A stretch of 62,934 nt of DNA, filler included, from Phoronis australis (taxonomy: Eukaryota > Animalia > Phoronida): NCBI GenBank assembly GCA_002633005.1. It is 7 parts of 7 records of this genome, joined end to end, with 100 filler letters (N's around TTAATTAATTAA, not from the genome) between each part and the next. Parts side by side here need not be neighbours in the genome. Positions count along the whole stretch, not along the records: positions 3,063 to 34,948 come from NMRA01000099.1; 6 more parts are not named here. One strand, 5' to 3'. Shown one piece after another: positions 11,022 to 23,670 of the stretch (positions within the stretch are counted from its first letter, which is position 1; the number at the start of each line of letters is the position of its first letter). The position numbers were made by a program, and so were the translations under genes. Below the pieces are notes generated by a model. That model made no database searches and was not told where the DNA came from. It saw only the letters and a list, made by a program, of their open reading frames with translations.

Positions 11022-12596
11022 AGGAGAATGCCACCCAAAAACAACCTATTTTGTATCAATTTAGATCGAGTAGTTCTACTCGATAACGGCAGATTCGGTT
11101 GCGTTACCTGACACCTGACGGCAGACGGAGGTGTTGAAATTATCCAATGACGTAATTGGTTTCACACGCAATCTGTTCAGCAGTTCACACTGGGTTAGTG
11201 GTGTTAGCTTATCGCTTGAATTCATCGTTTAACACCAATAAATGATCAAACTTCGATGTGAAACCCTTAAAAATACACCGAGTTCTTATTAAAACGTGTT
11301 GTTTTATTTCGCTGCCGGATTTACTGGTATTTGGACATGACAATTGTTCGGCTGGAGTTTGGGGTCTGTTCGGAGATAAATTCGAAGTATTCTTCCGTGA
11401 AATACAGACAGGAGAACGTAGATCTGTGTTGTTTATACTTGTGATTTTTGAGTTCTAAATACACAAAACGCTTGTTATCCCGGCCAGTGGCTCGGAACCC
11501 GATCAGGCCCGTCACGGCCGCCGGGACTGGCCGGGGCACGAACATAAACCAGCTTGAGTTGGAAACTACTGAAAATCCAGTCACGAAGAGACTATATAAT
11601 AGTGAGTCAAAGAAATAATGTGCACGTAATTATTTATATGAATTAGCCACGGAACTGAAAATCTACTTACTTGTCGGGGGCCGCCAAAGTCGGGTTCCCC
11701 TTCCATAGACCGTCAGGGCAAAGGTTGTGCAGTAACAATGGTTTGAATAATGTATTTTTATTTCTAAATAAAGATTCCCCTAACATGTGACAATAGCATA
11801 TAAAATCGAGTAATTGTTTCACAACAGCAAACACTGAATTAGCATGCGCTCAATTACCTTTGTTGCCGGCATCAAAAGCCGGTAACGCAGTGCCGGGTTT
11901 ATTCATTGCTGGCTTCTCACTGAAAACATTTGCACTGACGAACACTCCAAGGCATTACAAAATGTATCTAATTAGACAGGCTTTGTGTCAGTTTCATATA
12001 AGCATTGGTTAGGATCATTTTAGGATGAGAATAATTCATTTTGAAACAGAACGCACAATAATAAACGTCTACATGGCAACTCGCCCGGCACCAATCCCGA
12101 CTGGTCAAGAGCTCATCTGAAGAAGACTTCACGGGTCGGATCGTTAGGTTTCACAGCCTATCAGTTCGAACCAGAATACACTGATCAAGAAATACTAGAG
12201 AGTCGCCGTGAACATGCCTAGGCAACGGAACGTATGAATAGTTCTTTGGTAAGCCGTAATTCGTCAGAGAAATCACTCAATGCCGGCCACAGACACGGAG
12301 TTGTTTCACGGCCTCATGACTTGCATTAACAGCATACCTTTCATTCTTCACTACCGCGAGCCACTTCCTAAGCACTTCGGGCTCTGGAGGAAGTCGAAAA
12401 ACGATATAACCGCTTTCTTCGCAGCTTCATAGTTCGGACAAGCGGGAAACGACTGCACCGCAATATAGCGGCATTCACTCAGTAGACGAACCACTGATCT
12501 CGCTGCGTCGCATCTCACCTTCCTCACAGGTTAACGCGACATCTCTCGGCAAGGTGAGGTCGACCGTATAAGAGGCAATGTGGATATAGACCAATT
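11022..12596. mobile_element. Kolobok-like non-autonomous DNA transposon, copy 1 (one end missing)
   Basis: TTAA|AGGAGAATGCCACCC terminus; reverse-complement homologue of 51548-53090; AYQFEPEYTDQEI remnant at ~12156-12195. Confidence 0.75.
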
Positions 12597-13033
12597 CAAC
12601 CTGGTTCCCGGGCCTCACAAGCTGACGTCACGGATTGCTTGTGAAGGCCCAGGTACAGGGCACTAGAACGATGGTTTTCATTGGCTGTCAGCTGGCAATT
12701 TTTTACCAGGAAGTTTGCTCTGCGCATGCTGACATCCGGTATTACGTTATCAGGTCGCTAGGTGTTGCGAGAGTAAAAGTTATTTTGCGACTGGATCGCG
12801 TTTGCGGTCGGGGGGAACTCTCTGGTGAGATAGCTGTTTATATTATTGTGATATTACCTATAAACTGTAGTAAAATCATGTAATTATCGATTCCTTACTA
12901 GGGAAATAAACCTGAATTAAAAATGGCTTCACTCTTTTCACTTGGAATTTTTTCAGTTTCACTGTTTGAACGCTTTTTATGAATTGAACACGTCCCGGAA
13001 TCCTGTATCCTCCCCTGCTGTAAGATTTTATAG

Positions 13034-13165
13034 CAGGGGATGATCCAGGATTTTGAGTTAGGGGGTAGGGGCAAGGGCCGTCAAACAGTTGCACCCCCAA
13101 GCTGCCAAATGGAATCTGGGATAATTTTAGGCAGGGCCATGGCCCCCTTGCGCCCCCCCTCCCCC
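13034..13165. mobile_element. Short hAT-type MITE remnant (related to 38625-38788 and the start at 58268)
   Basis: Shared CAGGGG..GATCCAGGATTTT start, G-run and GGGCCATGG...CCCCC motif. Confidence 0.5.
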
Positions 13166-14819
13166 TGTCTGTCTCTGTACAGTCTTACAGTAGGTACTGC
13201 TGGCACCCAATTTCCACCACTTCGCAGCCTACACAGTATTCATCCCCTAGAATGCCACAGTTTTCGACCCTCCATGTATAGCCACAATTCTCAAGCTAAA
13301 CCCCTCATCTTGTTGACATACTAATTCTTTCTTCCCCATTTCCCTTTTTGAGGTGGGACTCCACACAACTTGAGGGTCCTAAGCCATTCAGATCACCTTG
13401 GGTATATTCGGGGCCTCAAATTTCTCACTGGAGGTGAATTTAACCTGCGTGATTATCAAACTTAGTGGAGAATGATTGGCCATTAAGTTCGAGTATGCAC
13501 TGAAAACATTAACTTTCAAGGACATCCAGAACACCTCGGGTGTTTTTGTAACCTCAAATTTCACCTAATAGGTGAATGCTCTCTGCATGTGTGCGGACTT
13601 CAATTTGCCTATTATTGTCAAGATTGAAAATCACGTGACTTGCCATATTTTGGATAATGTTCATCTATGAGAGGAGATTTGAGGCTACGAAAATACCTGA
13701 ATTGTTTCTAAGAAAAATTTGTAAATGTAAATAGGAAAATAGCCGAGGTGCTCCAGATGTTCCGAGGGTGAATTTTTAACTACGAAAATACCCGAGAGGT
13801 GTTCCAAATGGACCCTAACCTTTAGTTTTGTACATAATCGAGTACTAGAAGAATCTCCACCCATTTAAACAGTGGCTAAAAAACATTATGTTTGTGGTCC
13901 GAGGTTTAGACTTCAATAAAATTGTAGCCTAATGTTTCAAATTCACAATTTTTTTTTGTAAGAGCTAATGCTAACAAATGAATCCTTTCGTAGTAATTCA
14001 TGGACAGTTGTCTTTTTCACCCATTAAGTTTGAAGAAGTAGGCTCAGAGATTCCTGTTGTCAAAAATGAGTCTGGTGTCCAAGGTTTTAAAAATACGGGT
14101 ATCGTATTAAAACCCCTTTTGCAGTAGGAAAAATGTACCATTTGCAGTGTTTTTAACTTCCAGAGTGAAACCCGTTGAATTCATGGGAAAAAAGTTTTGC
14201 ACCATTTTGAAGAGAAATTGTTTGAGAAAAATCACCCAGTTGAGTGTTGTGACTTGTATAAACCTGTGGGAGTACCCCCTTGGAATGGTTTTAGGAGGGT
14301 ACTCTGAAAGCCCAAGGATGGTGGAATGAACCCTATCCCTATACCTAACAATGCGTGTTGAACATCTTGGAAAGTACAAGCACAATTGTTGATTTCAGAA
14401 TGCGCTTATCAGATGGTGTCTTCTAGCTTCCAGATTTCCTTCGAATTAAATCCCTTTACGTTGATATAAATGCGTCTTATGCGAAAAAGAATAAATTTTG
14501 ATCTGAACAACTTAACACTATATACAGGAATTGAAATGACAATAGGGGAAAATTTTCCAGGTGATCTATCATTTCACAAATAGGCTTGTGTGATAAAAAT
14601 GTTTCTGTGTTGTAAAATTAAACTGAAATGTTTTTGTATGAATCAAGCCAAAAATGATGATAAAAAAGAAGCCGGAAATCAAATAAAAGGAAATAAAAAC
14701 AAACAAGGAAAATTCCAAGCCCTGTATATATATCCCTGTCCCAACTTGTTCCTTAGTGGACTTGGAAGAATTCAAACTTTGTTATTGCTCAAAGCCATGG
14801 TCATTGCACCAGGTCTTAA

Positions 14820-15790
14820 GCAATAACAAACTATCCGTTCAACCGAATTTGTGGGTCGGCCGGGCCATCAGCCGTTTGGCTGTAAAGCCGTTGCCAAGGG
14901 CTTTTTCTATTTCTGTGTCTGATGAGGTATCCGAGACATTTAGGAGGAGCTTGAGGGCACACGAGTCACTCAACAGGGTTGCTGAATGTGCAGCCCTCAA
15001 ATTGCTGGATTGTGTGACCCTTAGCCAGGAGGGACATACGGGACTTGTGGTCCTCGGTAAATACCAATAGGTGACCGCGCTTACTGAAGATCACATTCTT
15101 AACTTTGAAGCCCGCTAGCCTAGGGCTTTCTGCATGATGGCTAAGCCGTCCCCGCAGAAGGCCGCGGGTGCAGGCGTTACCACAATTGGAGTTGGAGTCG
15201 CCACCCGAGTGGCTGTTCTCCGTTTTGAGTTTCTTAGGAGTGAATAATGTCCACTCCGATGACATTTCCCGGTCTTGGTCGGGATTTTTATTTGGCTCCT
15301 CACTCAGTGCTTTTGATGGTGGCTGCGAGGCAGTCATCCATCGCCCTGTTCGAATGGGCTAGTCCCTCAGCCTGGGGACTGGGTTTCCTCTTTTTGGAGG
15401 CTGGCTGCAGGTACGCAGCCAGGGTTTTCATGCCCACCTGCGAGGGCACAGGGGGCTTATATGTATATTGTCTTTATTCTGGCCCGTCGGAACAGAGGGT
15501 TTCTGCGGGGCCGCAGCGACCTTGTTGGTTGTCACGACTTGCTTCATGGCCGAAGCGGGGGGTTTCTGCGGGGTCGCAGAAACCTTGGTGTTTTTCACGA
15601 TCTGCTTCGTGGCCGAAGCAGAGGTTCCTTGAGAAGGTTACGTTCCTTGAGGCCAGAGGTCCAGGCGGACTTGGCCTCCGCAGCTCTGACAAGAGCTATA
15701 ACCTCCTCTGCATTGAGGATGTCTTTGTTCAGATCCTGCTATAGAGTTAGCAGTTGGTGCACAAAGCTGTTTATCTGGATAGATGTCATG
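14820..15790 (-). pseudogene. Decayed GC-rich ORF, possibly LINE ORF1, with an internal ~63-bp tandem duplication (15497-15625)
   Basis: Coding-like composition with stops and frameshifts; segments SEWTLFTPKK and SDTEIEKAL...KRL recall ORF1 proteins; two copies of GGGTTTCTGCGGGG...GGCCGAAGC. Confidence 0.35.
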
Positions 15791-15868
15791 ATCTCACGAA
15801 GGTTTCTGGAATGCGTGTGTAGCTGACGAATACTCGACTCGACTGCACTATACGAATCCAAAGATGAG

Positions 15869-16252
15869 CGACCCATATCGTTATTAAACGTTGACTACAA
15901 ATTGTTTACGAAGGTCTTACACTTTGATTAAATAGTGTTATTGCATTATACAAGACATAATTTCCTATACCAATAGTCAAAAATGTCAATGCAGTATCAT
16001 TTTCTTAGATTTTTGTAAAGCTTTCGATGCACTTTCATGGGACTTTCTTTCAAAAATTTGTACGCTTTTAAATTTGGCTCTGTTTTCAGAAAATTGACTC
16101 AAATAATTTATAAGAGCCTGATGGCTTGCGTAATCAGCAACGGCTTTACTACCAGATATTTTCCACTCCAACGCGGAGTGCGACAGGGAGACTCACTCTC
16201 TGGCCCCTTGTTTTGCTTAGCAGTTAAGGTTATGGCAAATTATATCAGATGA
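15869..16252 (+). pseudogene. L1/Tx1-type reverse transcriptase fragment
   Basis: RPISLLNVDYKLFTKVL, FLDFCKAFD and RGVRQGDSLSGPLF motifs with internal deletion and frameshifts. Confidence 0.9.
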
Positions 16253-18775
16253 ATGTTTTAAATGACATGACAGAGAACAATATTTACGCATTTTATTTTT
16301 ACAAGTCTTATAAACTTCAAAAAATCAAGCAATTCGACTCATTACTTAACCAAATCTTGAAACGAGGGAACGGCCGCTCCGTAAAACCGGAAGTTTTCTA
16401 TCCTGCGTGTCCGCTAGATCTCTAGCTACAGCAGTACAGCTCTTGGACTGCCTAGTATTCTGTACACGTACACGCTATAAATGAATTTTTATAAAATACT
16501 TTTTAGTATTTTATAAAAAGACTGTTCGTTAAAATATACAAAAACAACACAAACACAGTGTATGAGATGACATCGATTTTTTTCTACATTCAATATTTAT
16601 GATTTTATAAAATAATAAGTTGATGTGAAGGTGGTGTATGGATACAAAAGTTGTCGTAATTTTCATTACAAACTTTGGTGTTTTATTACAAGCTTTTCAG
16701 TTTCATTCATGCACTTTCGAGATACGTCATGATATTTTCGTAATAGTGGATATAATAGTTTTACAGCTAAATCATATATTGAGAACTGTTTCAGTTGCGC
16801 AATTATATGTCCCAGTGTAAGTTGGTTAAGCAGACGTCACTGGTGTCATCCATTTAAATGAACACCTGTGAGTAGAACAAGACACAAAATAATGTCAGTC
16901 TTTAGTAAAGTTGGCAACTGTTGCCAAGATAATCTTAGACATTACTAACCTAAATAAGCAATCGTGTTTATTCATTATTTATAGTTTTTCCTTTGAATGT
17001 GTAAGCTAAAAGTGGTCACTACAATGAATTTAACCAAAGTAAACTAATTCTCCATTTCCGTATATAAGTATTAAAAGAAACACTCTGAACAAGCTTACTG
17101 TACACTTTATATGCATCCCAAAATGAGACTGAAGCTAACCAAGGTGACCTTACAGGGTAGAAATACGCTGATGTCACAATTTTATAAACTATTCTTTTGT
17201 CATGGTAGAGTGCAACCTCTACATCCATCTGACAATTCAGGACGTTTCATTGCAACCATCATCATTGTGTTAGATCCCAGACTATGTTTTGGCTATACAT
17301 GTTCAGTCAAACGTTCCACATATGCATTGAATTGAACAGGTCAAATACACAGCAGAGTCACATGGCCGTAATTGTGTATTGCTTCAGTTCCTAGTATCCC
17401 ATGTACAGTAGTCTGTATCCTGCATGTCTCTTTTTATTCTATTTATTGTGATAGTGTGGGTTGTGACCCACAACCACTTTAGATAGGAACTGAGACTGGT
17501 TCATATGTGACAGTGAAGATAAAACCAGGAAAAATAGATAGGGAACTTCAGTCCCAAGACAGCACCAAAATACCCCTCCAACACATTAAAGCTCCGTCAT
17601 TAAGAGAAGAGAAAATAGCTATGCATGTACTCAGGGTACCTATAAATAAATTATACTCTTCAATTAAGTTTACTTAACATTAACTGAGTGTGCAATCACT
17701 AATTGGTAATTTATTTATGTTTCGTTAGTGCCTGTTCTAAATCATCCAGGGTATTTGTTTTATTTTCTGTAGTTAATGGATTGAAGACAACGAAAAGTGA
17801 ATATACCTGTCAACAACAGTTTGCCTACCGGTACGTGAAACTAATTCTTTCTCAAGATGATCTTATCAAACACAGAGAAGAGGATCAGATGATGACGAAA
17901 AAAGTAACGCAAAATGAGGTCCATGCTATGATGACAGGAAATGGTGGCAAACTCCCAAAGAATTATATCCTCTCTCACTAAGTCTTGATCAGCTAGAAAA
18001 TCGCACTTTTGTTTGATTCTTATAACAACAAATCAAAGTATCCCCAGGCCTTATAAGTGACAGTCCCAGGTGGTCATCTGGTTGTTTCCTACTCTTTTAT
18101 TTTAGGTTCTGTTGCAGGGAACACGCCTAAAATCTGGAAAGCTACATTTCTCTGAAAAAGGCTGAACTCTGAAGTTTCTGAATAGCTTTCTATAAATGAA
18201 AACAATTTGGCTATGGGAAAGAGTTCATTTTACTAATAAAATTCACTGTATGGACTAAGCAGAAAGGAAAGGTCAAAATTCGGACTGCTAAACACTTTAT
18301 CATCTTATGAATAATGAGAACAAAAAAACTAATAATTTACAGGCGACATTTAAAAATTTTGTTGTTGAAGAAAAAGAATTCTCCACTCTATATGAAACGT
18401 GAACAACTCAGATTATTCAAGTAAATCGTTTGACTTATAATAAACAAAAGCAAACGAAGATCGAACTTATCACATCCGAGGTAGAACAATGACTGACTTG
18501 ACAGCTCTCCCAGTCTGACTGTATGAAAAGAAATTGACGCGAAATTGTTGCCTCCCAAAACGTCACTTCCGGAGTAGAGGACGAGAAATTAATTAAATTA
18601 CGAAAAGCTGTAATTAAGTGAAAAATATGTCTGGGATAAACAACAGACCTTATTTTTGCTAAATGTGACATGAAAAAAGGTTGCCTTCGCCTTTAAATTT
18701 AGAACACGGCGACGATATTTAAGTTCTCTATTGGCAGTCCTTCGTCGTTGCTAAAAAAATCAGACATTTAACTAC

Positions 18776-18904
18776 ATGGACGGCGCACCATAGGGGGTTG
18801 GGGGCTATAGTCCCTACTTTTTTAGGGCTGCGCCCCCATGGTCTATGGGCGGTGCACCACAGGTAGGCTATAACCACTCATTTTTAAGTACTACATCGCC
18901 CATG
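18776..18904. mobile_element. Small MITE, related to 37584-37650
   Basis: CATGGACGGCG...CATCGCCCATG imperfect termini; shared CACCATAGGGGG...CTACTTTTTT core. Confidence 0.45.
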
Positions 18905-19069
18905 AACTACCGTATTTTCTTGCACTAAGAAAACCCCGACGAGCATGTTCATATTATTAGGAAAAGTAGGTCTAGACCTAACAAAAACTTTGGTCAAGGA
19001 AGAAAGTCTTCTTTTGTCAATCAGTGCCACTGGTGCAAAGCCTCTCAGGCGTCATACGAGCAACAAACT

Positions 19070-21930
19070 TGATTGAAAAGATTTCCAAGGTTACATGTTA
19101 TTATTCCGAAGGTTCACTACTCCGATAGTCCACTACTTCGAATGCCCACAATTCCGAAACCAGAACTCCGGCAGTTCATTACTCTGATTGTCTGCTAACA
19201 AGTCAGAACTGACGTGAGAAAAGTGTTGTATTTGTGCCCATTTAGTAACCATTTAAAGGGTGTACAAAACTTGAATAGTTCTTAAAACATTGATTACAGT
19301 GTCAATCGTGAATCTCCAATCTAACTAACGACTCATTGAGTCTCAAGCAGGGACAACATCGGGTAAGGAATTCAGCTACCTATAGCGGCGGTTTTAAATT
19401 TAAGAAGACTGAATGGGACTCTCCGACTTCGTGAAGACTGTCAGGGACAGGGTAGCCTACTAACTACATTTAATTTCGACCCGACCATGCGCGTGGTTCC
19501 GATGGGTGAGTTTGAAGGGCAGCGGCCCTAAACTAGCTCAGTCACGCTGTGAAAGATGCGACATTGACATGGATTTGATGAATGTATCGTGGTTGATAAT
19601 TCATCAATATTCCTACTTCATAATGTTTTTAAAAATTCAAGTACGTACTCATTTTCCGTATTCGAAAGACATGCGGGCAATTTCGCATGCGTATGAAATC
19701 CGGGCGTTTTTTGAGCATAGGTACACCACTTAGTGCATCTAATAACCGAAGTGTCGTTTATTTTTGCAGGTAAAAAGGTACACCCAAGTCCGAATTTTCA
19801 GATCTTTTCGGACTGTAGCGGCTTCGGAGTAGTGACCCTTCAGAGCAGTGAACCTTTGGAATACTGGGCTGTTCCCATTTCCAGCGATGTAAGCAAGTTA
19901 CGTATCACGCAAAATACAACCAAATTAAAACATTCAAGTCGATAACGCTCCGATTAAATATTTCCTTTCGAGTATGTAATGAGGTGTAATCACTCATTTA
20001 AGCACACCCGCTTTGAAAGTTTGGCGGGGGTAACGCGGGAACATTCTCTTTCTGGACTACATTACATCCGAACTTTAAGTTGGGTCCCGTTCTTTGTGAG
20101 CAACCGTCAGGAAATCCTCATTTCTGGTATTACAAATTCCGTCTGACTGATCTTGGGAACTTTAGAGCTGAGAGTCGTCGTTGTGTATATAGATTTCCCT
20201 CACCCCTAGTTAAGCTGCGTCAAGGGCCTTACCAAAAACTCTACAGCGTCGACGTTTGCAAAATATCAAGGGTCCACCGTACTAGAAATTCGCCGAACCA
20301 CACCCCGCGCAATGCTGGCTACGGGCCCGTCAATGAGAAAGTATTACTAAATTCTCTGTGTCAGTGTCAATTGTACGCAGCCTCGCAGACTTCACACGAG
20401 TAACGAATTTGATGGGAAAGATTTCCAAAGTTACATGTCACTATTCCGTAGGTAATCGCTAAAGATTTTGGGATCGCGATTGAACAGTCACGACAAAACC
20501 TGTGTTGAATGAGCAGCTCACAGGTGTGTACCGCACGTTAGCTCCGTTTCGATAGGCTTGTGGCTTCTTACCGTGTGATACATTTACACTCTTTACCCCT
20601 CCTGTATGCTCCTCTACCTGCTGTCACGTGTATTTCACTGTTTATTTAGGTTCGTATAATTATGTTCATTCCACTTATTGCCTGGTGATGAGACATGCAG
20701 TTTCGAAACATAGTCAGTGCTTTAATTTGTTTGTTTGTTACGTCGCTCAGTGTTTTGCTACATAGCTGCACACCTGAAGAAAGGAGACCGTTTCGACGTT
20801 ACATGTACTAGCGACTCTGTATCAAGCTTTCCAACAAAAAGTTTAGTCATGTTTTCAACGAAGTTTGTTTTAACAAAGGGCTGCTACAGAACTACGCCGA
20901 TTTTAAAAATGCAAGAACGTACTCATTTTTCCGTATTTGTAAGACATGCGAGCAATTTCGTATGTGCATGAAATCAGAAGTACCCAGACGTTGTTTTCGG
21001 TACATGTACACCACTCAGCACACCTAATTACCAAAGTATAGTTTATTTTTGCATGCAAAAGCATAAAAATTATACCCGAGTTCGAAATTTTAGATATTTT
21101 CGGAGGAGTGAACCTTTGGAGTAATGAACCTCCAGCGATTAACTCGCAAAAACACAACCAGGTAAAGTGGCCTACTAATCACTTTTAGTTTCTACCCGGC
21201 CGAGCACGAGGTTCCTTGGGTGAGGTTGTGGCTCAGCTGCCCTAAACTCTTCAGTCGCGTTGCGTTGCTATCTTGGCATGGATTTAATGAATGCGTCGTG
21301 GTTGATAATTTTTCACTATTCCGACTTCATATCGTTCTAAAAATGCAAGTGTGTACTCATTTTAAGACATGCGGGCAATTTCGCATGCATACGCATGCAC
21401 ACGAAATCTGACCACCGTTTCTAGTGAGCAGTGAGCCTCCGGAGTAACCTCCGGAGTAGTGAACCTTCGAAATAGTGGGCTGTTTCCATTTACAGCGATG
21501 TAACCAACTTAAATAACACGCAAAATACAACCGGATAAACAATTTCGTCAAGTCATTCGCCGTTTAAACTTTATATTTCCGTCCGAGTATGTAATAAGGT
21601 GTATCACTCCGCATGTAAGCATGGCTGATTTGAAATTTTGGCTGGAGGTAATGCGAGAACGTTCTTTTTCTGGACCGCAATACATCCGAATTTGTGTACC
21701 GTTCTTTGCTACTAGTAACCGTCACAGCATACTCATTTCTGGTATTACAAAATCTGTCTCATCTCATGAACATAGAGCTGAGTGTCATGGTTATGTATAC
21801 AGATCCTCACGCATAATTAAGCTGCGACAAAGACCTTACCGAAAACTCTACAGTGTCGACGTTTGTAAAATATAAAAGGTCCACCGTTTTAGAAATTCGA
21901 ACCACCCCCGCTCAGTGCTGGCTACGGGAT
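19070..21930. repeat. Cluster of diverged tandem copies of a composite non-autonomous element
   Basis: 19470-20330 aligns with 21185-21930, with a partial third copy at 20900-21165; 19075-19112 matches 20417-20452; both long copies end GCTGGCTACGGG. Confidence 0.8.
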
Positions 21931-22259
21931 CGTGCTGTGCGGTGGGATGTACCGTATCACATGCCTTACGAAAAAAAAAATAAACCTTCAATTGATGAGC
22001 AAGGAAGTCCTGTTCCATATATTTCCTACTGCGATGATGTAGCCGTGAAAATGCAGTGGTAAAGGTAGCACTGTCAAATGTTGCTTAACTTGGCTTCTCA
22101 TTGGTTAAAGATTACAGTTACTGAGTATGGCGACCCCCTTTGACTTGATTAGTTACTATATTTTATTAAAACAAGTAAACAAAATCAAGAGAACCCCGAT
22201 GCAGTGGCTTAAGCCCAAACAAGTACAACGCATAAAGGTGTGTGCAAGTGGTGGCGATG

Positions 22260-22975
22260 CATAGGCGGATTTAGGGGGGGGGGCTCGTCCCCCCTTGCCT
22301 GCCGCAAAAAAGTAAAACAGCATGAGCGTAGGGAAATGTTGAGTTTATTAATTTACTCCGGTAATTAAAATTATACGGATGAAACAAGATTTAAATTGTG
22401 CAGTTTGTGTTGGGGGGCTCAGATCCAATTTCTAATGTCAAATTTGGAACACGGCGCAATCGTAACGGAACTATGGCGAAGTATAGGCTCTCTCGCGATA
22501 TCCCAGGCGACCGGCAGTGGCGCTGCAGACTACGACTCCGTTTCCGTCGTCTGCTCCACTGTGGAATGAAGAACTGAAATTGCTTCAATTTTTAAAGAAA
22601 ATGGAACCTGAGTAACGAAAAAACAGAAGCTGCTAGTAAGATGCAAATTTTAATCGAAGCCTTAGTGAATCACTCAGAAACTCATAATTCTCTCTTTGTC
22701 AAACCTTAACTTAAGACGATTTCCAAAGCAATCCCGTCATGATTATTGCCAACACGTAAAACGGATTTGGTCTTTTGGGAAATTGAAGACTATTTTAAAT
22801 ACAGCAAAATTTGTTACGAACCGATTGCACAAAATATAAAACGTGTAATAAGCATTACAAAAAGAAGTAGGTTTAGCGCGCAAACGCTGTGGACCATAAA
22901 CAAGTAGGTCTCTTACTATAGGAGTTAAATCTTGATGGTGTAGTGGTAAAGCACGAGCGCTCTATCCGCCAGGTA
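22260..22975 (+). mobile_element. Non-autonomous hAT-like DNA transposon, copy 2 (3'-truncated)
   Basis: Starts CATAGGCGGATTTAGGGGGG; colinear with 10041-10695. Confidence 0.65.
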
Positions 22976-23670
22976 AAATATAGTAGTTTGAAAGTAGTGA
23001 AATATATGTTTGCAGCTCCGTGGTGGATGTAGGTACGTATTTATTGTATTGTGCACGAATCCTTTTGTACAACAATGAAATCAGGTGGCGTACAGACCAG
23101 ACTTAATTTTCGCCAACTATTGAGCTATTACACAAAAACGTTATCGTCTTCTGTTTGATCGTGATCCGAAAATTATACCTGTTATGAGCACCTTGGAGCC
23201 TGTTTCGCTCAAACGTCGTAACTTCTGCACGTTTTTCGCAAAATCTAAGCAGAGACTTGCGCGAAAACGTATGACCGGTCCTCCGACTGGTCGTAAGACT
23301 ATTTAGACTTGCGCCAAAAACGTACGTCTGGTTGTAAGACCCTATTTAGACTCTGTGCTAAAAGACGTCGAAAATTTACGACATCTCAGTCTAACAGATT
23401 CATGAGACACAAGCTCAAAGTTGTATAGCTTTGATTAAAACTCAAAATCGAACATTTTTAGCACCATGTATAAGCGTACTAGTAAGAAAAATACTATAAA
23501 AGTTTTTGTAACATCACTTTTACGTGTCCACGGAATTACAGTCATTTAATAAGCAATGTAATAATCATATTCAATGTAACATGATCATGAAAATAATTTA
23601 ATTAATCGATCAAATTATCTATGTACACAGTGCACACCAATTCACAAATACCAGTAGTATTAATATTACA

